A stretch of 64,000 bases of DNA from the NCBI GenBank assembly GCA_037447605.1, contig CM074821.1, forward strand, positions 1 through 64,000. Reading direction: 5' to 3'. Position 1 is the stretch's first letter, and the number at the start of each line of letters is the position of its first letter. The DNA is from Zygnema circumcarinatum SAG 698-1b. Its lineage: Eukaryota > Plantae > Zygnematophyceae. Below are positions 45,876-57,746 of the stretch, one piece after another. The notes beneath the pieces were generated by a model. It saw only the letters and a list, made by a program, of their open reading frames with translations, did not search any database and was not told where the DNA came from. The position numbers were made by a program, and so were the translations under genes.

Positions 45876-46305
45876 TGTGTCCTCCCCCCTCGCCCCTCTC
45901 CCCTCCCTCTCTCCCTCCCTCTCGTCCGCCCAGGGAGCCGCTTCCTGCTGCCGCTGCTGCTGCTGCGGCGGGCGGGCCAGCGGGCACCCTCCCGTGCGTC
46001 ACCGTACGTCACCGCACGGTGCGTTGCTCATGTCGTACTCGTGTCGTATCGTATCGCAGCGCCATCGCCTTACAGCGATAAGCAACGGAGTGCTGCGCAG
46101 TGCGGAAACGGCGGCGGCCCTCTGTCTCGTTCCCTCCCTCCCTCCCTCTCTGTGCCTGCCTCTGCCTCTGCCTCTGCCTCTGCCTGCCGGAGCCGCCGTT
46201 GCCGCCGCTCTAGTGCAAGGAGCTACCGGAATGCGCGTGCGCGTGTAGGAGGAGAAGGAGCGGAGAGGAGCGGAGTGCAGCGTAACATTCATCTGTGAAG
46301 GCGAC

Positions 46306-47130
46306 ATGGCGACTTGCATGACAAGTCTGGGACTCACTTGTGCTCTTTTGCAGCCTTGGGAGCATCCAAGTCCTCACACCAGCAGGCTTCTACATGTTCC
46401 CTCGCTCGCTTCGAATCCGGAGTGCCGGGTTTCAGTGTCAGTAGTTTTTTTCCCGGAAAGATGTTTTTGGCGCAGAAAGAAGACAATGACCGGGAGCCTC
46501 ACAACTGTGTTGAGGCCTCTCCCTCAAGCCGAAACATTTCTCCATGTGACGGCAGCAGCGGGCGTTGACCTGAGCGTGAGTGAAGGCGCAGGACAGCCTG
46601 TCCTCAATGACGAGGACGCGGCACGAATTCGGGCCGAGGTTTCGCGCAAGATCAGGAAATGTGGAAAGGTAGGGAAGCTCAGTGAGGCTATGGATACTAT
46701 GAAGAAAATGCAGGCTGCAGGCGTAGCTCCGGATACCTTAGCAATTACAGCCCTGGTTGACTGCTGCGTCCGCTGTAACAATGTGTCCCTGGCAGAGCAA
46801 GTATTTAGCTCTATGTTTTGTGGAGATTTGAAGCCTGATGCTATTGCATTTGGAGTGCTATTGCGAGCATATGGAGCAACGAACCCTCCCCAATGGATGA
46901 GGATTCAACAGCTCCTCGCCCGCATGGAGTCTGATTATGGAGTGAAGTTGACTACAGCCACTTTTAACGAGTTGATTGAAATTTGTGCTCGAAACAATGA
47001 TATTGCGAAGGGTATGGAGTTGCTGGAAAAGATGGAGGGCCTTCATTTAGAACCCGACTGGTTTACGTTTGAAGCGACTAAACGAAGGAGGACTTTGCGC
47101 TCACACCTTAAAAAAGTCTTTGGCAAATAG
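46306..47130 (+). CDS. Small P-type pentatricopeptide repeat (PPR) protein, 3-4 motifs, probable organellar targeting
   Basis: Uninterrupted ORF with 35-aa repeats: ..CGKVGKLSEAMDTMKKMQAAGVAPD / TLAITALVDCCVRCNNVSLAEQVFSSMFCGDLKPD / AIAFGVLLRAYG..LLARMESDYGVKLT / TATFNELIEICARNNDIAKGMELLEKMEGLHLEPD. The N-terminus and true start are uncertain. Confidence 0.8.
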   Translation: MATCMTSLGLTCALLQPWEHPSPHTSRLLHVPSLASNPECRVSVSVVFFPERCFWRRKKTMTGSLTTVLRPLPQAETFLHVTAAAGVDLSVSEGAGQPVLNDEDAARIRAEVSRKIRKCGKVGKLSEAMDTMKKMQAAGVAPDTLAITALVDCCVRCNNVSLAEQVFSSMFCGDLKPDAIAFGVLLRAYGATNPPQWMRIQQLLARMESDYGVKLTTATFNELIEICARNNDIAKGMELLEKMEGLHLEPDWFTFEATKRRRTLRSHLKKVFGK

Positions 47131-47763
47131 CATCTTCAATTTCTAATCTTATTGATCTGCCTTTTGGTTCGCCATCATAATTCCTTCAGGCTTGGTTCAT
47201 GCCTTTTGAAGCCATTGTTACATTTCTGAATATTTTCTGCCACCATACATATTTCTGATGCTGCTTTTGTGCAAACATCGATGTGCGCAACTGTGCTGAA
47301 GAGAAAAGCGGACTATTGGCCCTGTGCTAAAAACCATAGTGGGTAACGTCCTTTACAGGCCCTAAACACGGCAATATGATTTAATTGATTGGAACCACAG
47401 TTGGATGAGCTTCGGGTGGATTTTTGTAAGTGATTCTACAGAGGTGCGGTTGCATGTAGTTTGATATTTACCTCAGAGAATGAGGCCACGTCACTGAAAC
47501 AGCTTTAGGTTGAACGCTGGCAGCTATTTAAGCGAGCCCGTTACTGCAGCTTTCAGAGCTTTGACCGTATCTGCAGGTGCTGCTGCGCTGTCCCATATCC
47601 TCAACAACATGTACCATGAATGCACTGCCAGAAGCCTCATTCTCAGTGACCCATACACATACAGCAAGGCTAAGCTAAAAAATTGTATTCACAGTATTGG
47701 AGGCTCCAAAGGCTACCATACAGCAAACGATAATGCTTAATACGGATGAGTGGACAGCGGAAC

Positions 47764-49126
47764 TTATGAATTCCCAGTGGCGCCTATCCCACTGTTTGGT
47801 TGCTCGAGTTCTGCCGCGTCTGGTGGCACCACAATCAAATTGACGATCGATGAAATGCTCTCTCTTTCAACGGAGGGGAACACTCCGGCCAGAGCTCTCT
47901 CCAGAAGGATTGAATCTGCCAAAGTGACACTCCTTGAACCCAGGCAGCACATGCAGACGGCTTCCAAGGCCTTCTGAGCGCGTGCAAGCATTGGCACGTC
48001 CGGCAGCGCCAGTCCCGCCTTCGTTCTTCTCTGCATCTCCCCAAACTTGCCCTTCGGTCAGCTGAACGAGCCACTATAGAGCACTTCCACAAGCTGACGA
48101 TAGCTTGCAGACAATTGGAAGCATGGGGAAGTGCCCAAGTTCCCCTCGCTCATAGCTTTGCAGGCATGCCATTGGTCTGCTAGCAGATGATAACGGCGTT
48201 CAGAGAACAACATAAATTTTGCCCTTCGCCACTGAAAACCCTAGAAGCCCACGATCAGCCCAAGGACTGTGTTCGCTAACGGCACTTGCCTGGAGACCCT
48301 CATCCATGAGCATGTCAAGACGATCCAGCTCGTACTCCATGTCCATACTGGCACGCATGCGCTTCGCACCCGTCATTATTTCTTCACTTTTTATTAGGCC
48401 TGCCCCAACGGCTGCTGCCCAGCACCAGAAGAGCAAGACCTGCTTCCTCGCCATCTGCATTCAAACAGACACCATTCAGCATGCAAATGCATGAGCCACT
48501 TGCTTTCAGCTTCTTCCAAAGTCAGAAGGCAGTGAGAACAGCAGACTAACCATGATCAACGCTGACTTAGTCATCTATGACTCATTCAAGAATTAGGACA
48601 GTAACAATTTCAACTAAAAGTTGAAATTTGCGTTGAGATTAAAGGCTTAGAGCTAGAAACCCTTCCGATACACTCTGAGAAGTCTGACCTTGCCATGGCG
48701 AGCCTCAAGCTCCATCATGGCCTTCGCCGCCTCCTGTGACAGGTTCTTGTCAATGCGGCTGCAGAACTCCGAGTAGCGCAGTCGGTCAGTTCCGACGCCG
48801 CCCTCGTCGCTGAAAAGCCGCGAAAGGAGGCCCACTATGGGCAGACCTCCCTGCACCTTCTTGAAAAAAGAAGCCACGGGCCCGGACTTCGGTTCCTCGT
48901 TGTAAGCCCTAATCCCGAGAGAGCAGCCGCCATAGCTCCGCAATGACAGCTTGACCGCGGCGAAGCGGTCGTCCGCAGGCGCAGGCAGGCGAGGCCCTCG
49001 CCTCGCGAGCAGCGCGACCGCCGCAAGCTGCGCTCCGCCTCCCGCGCCTCGCCGATGGAGAGGGAGAGGGAGAGGGCGAGGGAGAGGGAGAGGGGCCGGC
49101 TTCAGCGCAACCGCAGTCCCGTGCAT
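47764..49126 (-). CDS. PSA3: Photosystem I assembly factor PSA3, 3 exons, with a GC-AG second intron
   Basis: Exons 48689-49126, 48290-48454, 47764-48030. Motifs IRAY, GGLPIVGLLSRLFSDEGGVG, VLLFWCWAAAVGAGLIKSEEI and PM..RAQKALEAVCMCC..AGVFPSVE match the land-plant PSA3 family. The start codon is tentative. Confidence 0.85.
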
Positions 49127-49446
49127 GGCCGCCCGCACCCGCAGAAGGTGCCACGCGGCGCGGGGAGGGCAGCTCTCCGCACGTGCCGCTCAGCGAGGGG
49201 CGAGGCGGAGGGGGGCGGAGGGGGCAGCGCCGCTGGCGGGCGGGCGCCACGTGTGCTCGCCCGCCCGGGGGGGCCGCGGGCGGGCGCCGCCACGTGGAGG
49301 TCGGAGGGCGGGCGCCACGCGGCGGAACGGAACGGAACGGAACGGAACGGGCACGCGCTGCGTCGGAGCGCGGGGCGGCCTCCCTCCCTCCCTCCCTACC
49401 TCCCTCCCGCGTGCGCGTTAGGGTTAGAGCAGGAGCAGGGGCTGCC
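49127..49446. promoter_or_regulatory. Putative bidirectional promoter PSA3/TRAPPC12 with G-box motifs and (AACGG)5
   Basis: 320 bp between divergent ATGs; CCACGTGT at 49247, CCACGTGG at 49290, and (AACGG)5 at 49326-49350. Confidence 0.55.
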
Positions 49447-52400
49447 ATGGCCGCCATGGACACGCTCGACTACGCCATCCCCTCGCCGTCCGCCCCCGCC
49501 TCGTCCTCCTCGCTTCCCTCGCTGGCGGGCACCTTCCCCTCCTTCTCGTCCGCGGCATGGGGGCTTTTCCAGAGCGCGGAGCAGAGCGCGGAGGGCCATC
49601 CCCTCATGGACGAGCAGCCGCGCCAGGACGGCGGAGCCGCGGCATTCTCCGTTCCAGGTGCAGGCGGGGACAGCGCGCCAGCCGCCTCGGGAGACGAAGC
49701 GCAGCAGACCGCCAGCACGAGCCCCTTTTCGCAGCCAAGCGGGCCTCACTATCGACGTGTTTCAAGCCAGGAAGTTGCGACTTCTCTGGAAGGCCTTCGC
49801 ATTCTCGCAGTGCGCGCCCTAACTTTAACTCCTTTATCAACAACCTTTTTCTTTTGCTTGACCTGTGGTTGCATAGCTACAAGTATGCATACAGTTACGG
49901 TGAGAGGAACACACAAGTTGACTGCATTCAGCGCAAATGCGGAGCTGCAGGATTTTAGATCGACCAAATTTGGAACTGCAAAATAAGATGCACCTTCGAG
50001 AAAATCCAATGAGGCTGTCAGGCTTGCTGCTTTTGTCCTGCTTGCCAAAATCTGGCTTTCTGCTCAGGAAAGGAACTAATATAATAGCTAGTGCGCTTTG
50101 TTTGGTATCACAGTTGGTGCATATTCATCTTCTGTGGTTCTACAGCAGGCGTTAGCAATTCATTGTGGCTGGTGGGAGCGCTGCTGCAGAGACAAGGGTC
50201 GTGGAGGGCTATTGTGGAGAAGGTGAAGGCTGCGAAAAAAGGATCGAGTTTGGAGCAGCATCTCGCCTTCCAAGCATACCATGTGTTGAGTCTGCTCAAG
50301 CTGCGTATGTACGGTGCTGCAGCAGATGAGCTTCGAGCTCTTGGGAGTCTGGATTCTCCTGAATATCGTTACGAGTCTCATCCACAGCTATTTTTGGGAA
50401 AAACAGGTACAAGAAAGGTCCCATGACGCAAGCTTTGGGCATCTGGAATGTCAGCGCGTTCTGCAACGTGGCTTTTTGGAATTGCTCTAGCATTCAATAA
50501 CCTAGATATAGAGGTTGGTGCAGGCTCTATGGTGCCTTTTGCCCTTCGGTGGCTGCACGCAGAATTGCCACTTCGGATGGGCCGAATAGGAAGCAGCATT
50601 GAGCGCTTATATAGCCTCTTGGATTACTGCAATAGACAGGTGACTCTTATGCCCATGTTCTCAGATTAGTCTTTTGAGGACTTTTTGTCCTAAGGTGGTG
50701 TAGTGCAGCCAATGATTTTTTTCAAGGTGTTTGTCGAATCGAAATCAAGTCGGTACCTCCAGACGTCTCAGTATCCGGAGATACTTCAGCTCAATTTCTT
50801 GTTGCGGTTGCAAATACTTTTACTTGTCTACTGCTGCTGCATCCCGCTGATTACTGGTGACGGCTCTGACTTGTGCCCATCGGCAATGGGAATGGCACAG
50901 ATCGACATATTATCGGGACAAGCTTCAGATGCTGATAGTTTGGCCAAAGGTTCTGACGATGGACTTACAGTGGTACGCTCAGGTGGACGGCCTGGTGCTC
51001 CGCCTGTGAGCACTGGAGGAGGGGCTACCTCCTCTGGAGAGTTGCCTTCTAGTGGGGCAGGGCCGTCGGAGCATTTTCCTGGCCACCTTTCTCCTATGCC
51101 TCCACTGTCTGATCGTCCGCCTCCGTCTCCTCCACCGCCATCAGCAAGTGATCAAGATGGTGACGTGGCAGTAGGGGGTGGGGCTTCTCGAGAAAGTTGG
51201 CAGCCTACAGGGCGCTCGTCTCAGGAGCCAGCATCTGCTGCAGACATTTTGGAGGGCCTTCTTTCTGGAACAAGTTTGGGAAGCTCCTTCTTGGCTGATG
51301 GCAGAATGGCAGCTTCGCCTATGATCCAAGAGCAGCAATTGCCAGCCCCGGGTCCACTTGTTGGTGGTGAGAAGTCTAGGCAAGCCGCAGAAAAGCATGG
51401 GGATGACGAGTTCTCAGACCTGTCTGGTGGAGGGACTCCGAAGGGGCCTTGCTTGGGAAAGAGTGGGCCAGATAACCTGCAAGCGGGCAGAGGTTTTGAG
51501 GGAGTTTTTGAGCTGGGGGAGTTGTCTCCTGCTGACGACAGTGAAAACTTGTTCCAGTTTCGAGAAAGCGATAGTGAAGCTCGGGCTCCTGCTACTAGCA
51601 GTGATGTCGACAGAAAGTCCGAGCCACATTGTGCAGAAGTTATTGGTACAAAAGATGTAGTTGGAAATAAAGAACAATTTGCTGGCTGTAGAAGAGGAAG
51701 GGGATTGGTAGAGAGATGGAGGCGACGGCATGAAGCAGTTCTCCATGCTGTGATAAGCCTCCATATGGGACAGCGCGATTTTTTGGTAGTCCTTCAGTGG
51801 CTGGAATGGCTGGCACGCCGGAGGCCGTGGGATTTCGAGTTGTTGTCAAAGTACGGCCTTGTGCAGCTGCAAATGGGGGATTTGCAAGGAGCGCAGGCCA
51901 CCTTCACGCGGGTGGAGGCGTTGGCTAATGCAAACAATGGGGGCGTGTTGGATCGCCGCACAAAAGCATTTCTGTTCCGGAACCGCGGGCTGCTCCTCTT
52001 TGCTCTTAAACGATATGCAGCAGCCCTTGTGGAGTTCAATGGAGCCCTTGCAGAGGACCCGACTGATCATGTGGCAGCTAATAATAAGGTGACAAGGCTC
52101 CCTGGGATGCATTTGTTTAAATCAGAACTTGTTCTGCATTTATATTCCTACAGCTGCCTTCTTTGTTTCATGGGACTTTCCCTGACTTTTCGTCTTATGA
52201 GCACTTCCTTTTTGACTTATCATAGCTTTTATCTGCTGGCCTTGCCTCCGCCCGCCCCTGCCTCTCCCGATGCGAGCGCTTACATTGTGGGGGGGTGCAG
52301 GCGCTGTGTCTGATGTACTCGCGCGACCTGGTGGGCGCCATCGCGGCGCTGGAGGAGGCGCTGCAGAGCGGTCCCCTGAGCACGCTGAACGAGACGCTGG

Positions 52401-52525
52401 TGCTAAACCTTTGCAGCATGTACGAGCTGGCGGCTGCGAACAGCGCGCAGACTAAGCGCACGCTCAGCAGCTGGCTGGCCCGCCTCGCCCCTGACGACTT
52501 TGACCTCATGTGCACACGCCTTTGA
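49447..52525 (+). CDS. TRAPPC12: Trafficking protein particle complex subunit 12 (TTC15-like TPR protein), 5 exons
   Basis: Exons ~49447-49809, 50190-50406, 50524-50639, ~50901-52088, 52301-52525. Motifs: GSWRAI, LSLLKLRMYGAAADELRALGSLDSPEYRYESHP, GSMVPFALRWLHAELP, TPR helices (LLSKYGLVQLQMGDLQGA; VAANNKALCLMYSRDLVGAI) and LVLNLCSMYEL. Confidence 0.87.
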
Positions 52526-53161
52526 GCGGGAGAGACTTGGCTTAAGATTTGAGACAGTAGTCGCAGTCATTCTGTCCGCCAGCCTCGCTTTCCTGGAAGA
52601 AGTCTGGTTTTTAAAGCACGTGTGAATTCTGCCTGTGAGCCTTTGGTTGTGTCGGAGTTGCAGCTGATGCACAAGCTCGAGTCTGCTTTCATGTTGGACA
52701 TGTGTCTGTTTGTCCAGCTGCTGCCTCCAATGCACACTGTAGAAGCCATCAGGTCAAGAGCCAGAAATAATTTGGAGACGTTGTAAAATGGCAGGATTGC
52801 CAGGCCGAGTCCACAAAATCGTTTTGGAGCAAAAACTGGAATGAGGTCTCAATGGACCGGCAACATCCGCCCTGCGCTTGCCCCGCACGGCGTCAAGATT
52901 GAATGGGAGCAGAGCATGTCCTGTAATGCAATGGCACATAGGCGATGTGGCGAACGCAGGGAGTGAGGGGAGGCTTCTGCGCGCAGCTCACTCGCTCCGC
53001 CCGCCTCCTGCGCCTCAGTAAACTCACACCGGTCATTTGTTGGTCGTTGTGTTGTGTGGAGCTGCCAACCTCCAGCTCTCCCACGCAAGGGCGGACAGAG
53101 GAGTGGCAGATGCGAATCGATGACCAAACCATGAATGCCATGAAGCGCTGCTTGAAGCGTG

Positions 53162-56100
53162 TCACATCACGGCCACTGCTCTGGGAGGGACAGAAGTCGG
53201 CAGGAGCGGCTCATCTGGCGCATGCTTCAACTTCTTCGCCTTCTCAGTGTACTTTGCATATGAGTACCATACGCCTCCGCACGAGTTGATGGCGAGCCCG
53301 GTAACGTTCAGCGCGTGCATTGGCACCCCTCCGAGGACGAAGAACCCCAAAGCCTGCACCCGCGAATGACGCAGCACAAGCACTTCAGCTCAGAGGGAGT
53401 TGTTGGCACAGCAAACACAATCAGGCAGCCGCACGCTTTAGAAGGGCAACATTTGATGAACCAAGGTCCAAGTCATCGCCTTTGACAGGGCATTTCACGC
53501 AACATGTACTTTTGGCCCGAAATCCAGCATGCACGCATGGGGTGCATGGCACCCCCGCGACTATGAGCGTGTCAGGCGATGGATGTCGGCATGCATAACG
53601 AGAGAATGATAAAGGGACCACATTGCATGGAGGGCTTCTGTGCCGCTGTTATTGCTTCCTTTATTTCTGTTTCTGATGTTTCTCTAGAAGTGTGTCATGC
53701 AACAAGATCATCGTGCACTGCAAGCAAGACAAATGTCCAGGTATGACATTGCTTGTGTTGTCTTGAGGTCAACAATTGCAGGGAATTTATATGTTCTTTT
53801 CAGGATGCCGTTACCTTTTTGCATTTGTTCTCTAATCCAAGCATTCTTCATCTACGTCAGAAGCAGACATGTGGTGAACTGGACAAATTTTGCATCGTCT
53901 AGATCAATTAGGGCACCCACTCACCGTGGAAAAAACTCCTTTCAGGACGCCGACAATGGTGGTGGTGAGCGCGGAGTTCCGCATGGTGCAGAGGAACATG
54001 GTGTAGTTGAGGAGGATGCCCGTCACCAGCGATGATGCGACCGCCAGAGCAAACGCCGGAGAGTTTGAACACTGCACAGCAGAACCCGTCCAGATGAGTG
54101 CGGTTGCATGCTTTCGGTGTGCGCTTATGCCAACTTCACACAAGACCTGCAGCTCTATCATGTAAACTGGTTGAAGAACGTTGGAAAAGCAGCGGAGGTC
54201 GAGGTGGTCTGGCAGCTACTCTATCCAAATGCTGAAGTACACAAACCACTCGGCTATGTGTCACAGAAACAAACGACTGAGGCAAGTGGACCCTTGAATC
54301 AAAGCGCCAGATTTGCTGCAAAGAAGCTTTATGAAAATTGCTGGAAATTTCCTCCTGTAGGTGACGCGTACCCGCAGTACAAGCTCAGGAAAAGATTTGG
54401 CTGCCTCTCCTGAAAAGAGAAGAATGGCTGAGAGCACGGGTAGAGATAGAATCGAATTGTAAAGCATGACTTCTGTGCTGGATAGGCCATCCTCAGCTCC
54501 TGTTTTCTCCACCAGAACCAAATACGCGGTCTGATCACACCCACATCCGGCCCGAACCACTCTGCAAGCTCTGATTAACGTCAAACATTTCAAGCAAGCA
54601 GCTATACGCATGTCATGCCTTCCCCCAAAGGAAGCTGCTTGTGCTTAACGAGAGAAGGCATTACCCAGAGACAAACCTGAAAGAAAACGGAAGCGAGAGC
54701 CATGATATAGCCCTGCGGGTCAAAGCTGAAGTCACCAAGAGCAGCGATGACGCAGCCCACGGCGATGAGCACCACTGACAGGGTCACCTGCCAACCCGCT
54801 CTCCGCCGTCTGTATCAGTCTCTTCTCCACTCTCCAAGGAACTTCTCAGTCCACACTATCAACATGGTAGTCAAAAGAAAATCTCACACGTGCAAGCAAA
54901 GCAACCTTTCCCGCACCCAGCAACTCCAAAAGAAGTGCAAGTGAACCATCACTTAAGACCTCTCGCCCTCGAAGAATTTTAGGCAACATGTTGCCGGAGA
55001 AAGATAAGATTTTAAGAACACAGACTTGGGAGCAGTTGGTCAATGTCACATCCGAAAGACACGCACCTGCAATGATGGCTTTTTCTTGCCTGTGAAGAAG
55101 CCTGCCACAAGAACTGCCATGGGTGTGAGCCGCTTGAGAGCAATGTACATGGGGATGTTGATGCCGTTCAGACTGGCGAGGGCGAAGGCCACATTGGCAT
55201 TATAGAAGAAGGAGAGCGGCATCAGCCTCCTCGCCGTCCTTGTGTCCCACGGCCGCACGGGAAACAGTCGGAGGGCGCCGCCGAGCTGAATGAGCAACGC
55301 AGATACGGCCATCTGCAGCACATTCCACATATCGCTCCCCGTCACACATCCCGAGAAGCACAAGCAAATAGTCTCTGATTTCCGTCCAACATCTTTGACC
55401 AATGCAGCTAGCTGAACGCAGACAAGACGCTCTACAAATTTTCCAGGGCGACGAAGCAGTTTTTTCTCCTTGGAAGCACCCATTTCTGTAAACGAACGGC
55501 AGAAACAGGGCATACCTGTAAGGTAAGAAGGGTGATGGAGTATTTATATTGCATAAGTAAGCCCTTGTTGAGGAAGACCATGGTCAGAGATGTCAGGCCA
55601 TAAGATATTGCTGCCAGAAGACTGTCAATGGTTTCCCCAAATCAGCAGTGAATGGTAGGCATCTTTGAAGGTACCAAAACACGTACAAGAGGGAAGCGAC
55701 TCAGAGGGAAAGCATGAGGTCAAACTAATGAAATCATGACTGCAAAAAAAAACCAATGAGACGGAATGCAGACAGAGTATCCATGTTGCCAGCCAGAAGA
55801 GGACTGAATTTTCTCTTTGCGCAAGAAGATTGCAACAGCAAATTATGCAAACCCAAGTTAAAACGGGACTTCGCCGATAACCTGTGACACTTGCAGCAAG
55901 ATAGGGCACCTCAGAAATACAAGAATACTATAGCACGCTCCTGGCCCTGGTCCTTTCGTGTATGAAAACTTTAAAATGCAGACGTTGGAGATGTACAATT
56001 GAATCCGAAAAGTGCTCAGCTTTAACAGCACATTGCATGCTTGCCATGTCGATAAGCCAAATGACAAAGCTTGACATTACAGCCGTAATCAATCTAGGCC

Positions 56101-56416
56101 GCTACGATTGGGGGGGGTCAGTTGGGGTTAGCTTTGGCCTAAAGATAGAGAGTGGCAAGCGCGATCACTAATGCAATACGGATTAGTTCAAGCACGCGCC
56201 GTTTCCCGTTCCTCTCATGCATTGGACTTGAGATGAGGGGAGAGGGGTGGGTGCGGACTTGAGAGCCTGCGTGGGAGGAAACCTCATCCGCTTCACAAGC
56301 GGATGTTCCTCATCCGAAGTGACCTCCTCCGCCTGCTCTGAAAACTTTGGGCTCTGGCGAACGCCATCTTCCCTGGACCGCACTGGTCGAGCGCTTGCTC
56401 GCCCGTGCAGACTCAT
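53162..56416 (-). CDS. Nucleotide-sugar transporter (SLC35D / plant UTr7-like, TPT/EamA fold), 7 exons, ~364 aa
   Basis: Phase-consistent exons 56283-56416, 55516-55621, 55067-55312, 54677-54787, 54372-54530, 53925-54071, 53162-53353. Motifs: AAISYGLTSLTMVFLNKG, FFYNANVAFALASLNGINIPMYIALKRLTP, AYLVLVEKTGAEDGLSS, LNYTMFLCTMRNSALTTTIVGVLKG, GGVWYSYAKY. An additional upstream exon near 56750-56821 is possible. Confidence 0.88.
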
Positions 56417-57667
56417 GGCGATGGTTGCAGGCTGCTCAGCTGTTTGCAATTAGAACGCAGGCTTTCCCTGCGAACCACTGGGTGACAATGTCGATTTCAG
56501 ACCCCAATTCAAACCCGACGTTGAGGGTTCTGGTTTAACGCATTGTCCAAACCCCGCTGCTGTTGAGGATTTGACAACAATTCTCTCTGAAGCTATGATA
56601 AGAAACCTTGAAGTTGACTGATTTCCATTACATAAAAGCCTCGCCAGGAGAGCATAGGAGCTGCGCTGAATGCCAGTGGGGTGATGGAACGACCTGACAC
56701 TCGTCAATGTCTTGGTGAACGCAACGCACACGCAGCATGACCCGCAAACCGTCCTCCAGAAAAACTTCTGAGCAGCTTCTCGTGCCCGCGCATCCTCAGG
56801 CGATCCACTGAAGCGTGGCATTCACCGGCTGCGCCGCATTCTCATTCGCATTGTCATTTCCTCTCCCACTCCCTCCCTCCCTCCCTTCCTCCCTCCCTCC
56901 CTCCCTCCCGCTCGCAGGAGCCGCGAACCGCATTTCCCTCGCCCTCGCCCTCCAGCAGGCGGGAGCGGCATCCCGCGGCCGTACATGTCCATCCGTACAT
57001 AAGTACTGTACTGTACCGACGCGCGGTACGGTCACAGGCGTACGGCGTGAGCAGCACGCACACCCAGGGCGGGGAGGGGAGGGGAGGCGGGCCAGATGAG
57101 GGTGAGGAAGGAAGGAAGGAAAGAAGGAAGGACGGCCCAAGCGGAGGCGGGCGCGTGCCCCAAGCAGGGCCGCGGGGAGCTGGATGAATGAGTCTACTTT
57201 GCGGCCTGCAGTCGAGCATCTTCCAGTTGCGCGTCACCGCCCCTGCACAGTGCTCGATTTGATAGGCACTATGCCTGGCATTGGTCTTCCGACGGCTGGC
57301 CGCCCGCTAGCAAGCGAGTGAGCGCGGCGCGTCGGAGGAGGGCGGGCGGAAGCGCAGAGAGAGGCGCCCGTTCGTCGCGCGGGGAGGGGCTGTGAGCGCT
57401 CGCTCGCTCACTCGCTCTCGGCATCATAACCATCGCGGCGCAGTGCAGTGCCGGGAGGGAGGGAGGGAGGGAGGGAGGGAGGGGGGGGGGGGGGAAGGCA
57501 GCGCTTCTGAGTGCAATCCTTGACCGCGGAGTGACGGCCTCCATAAAGTCAAGGCACTTTGTCAGCCTCCTCGCCAAAGTCAGCATGTCGGTTGTGTGAC
57601 ATGAGTCGCGTGCGGCCGCCGGAGAGCGCCGCGTGAATCTGTACGGACGCGCCGCCGACATTCAGGG

Positions 57668-57746
57668 TGGGCCGCCGCCGGGATGACGCGATGGCGCCAC
57701 GTGGTGGGCCGAACGATGCGGTGGAGACCACGTGGCATCCGCCAAT
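57668..57746. promoter_or_regulatory. Cluster of plant-type promoter motifs (2x G-box CCACGTGG, TGGGCC site II, CCAAT)
   Basis: CCACGTGG at 57697 and 57728, TGGGCC at 57668 and 57705, CCAAT at 57742; lies upstream of the transporter gene. Confidence 0.4.
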
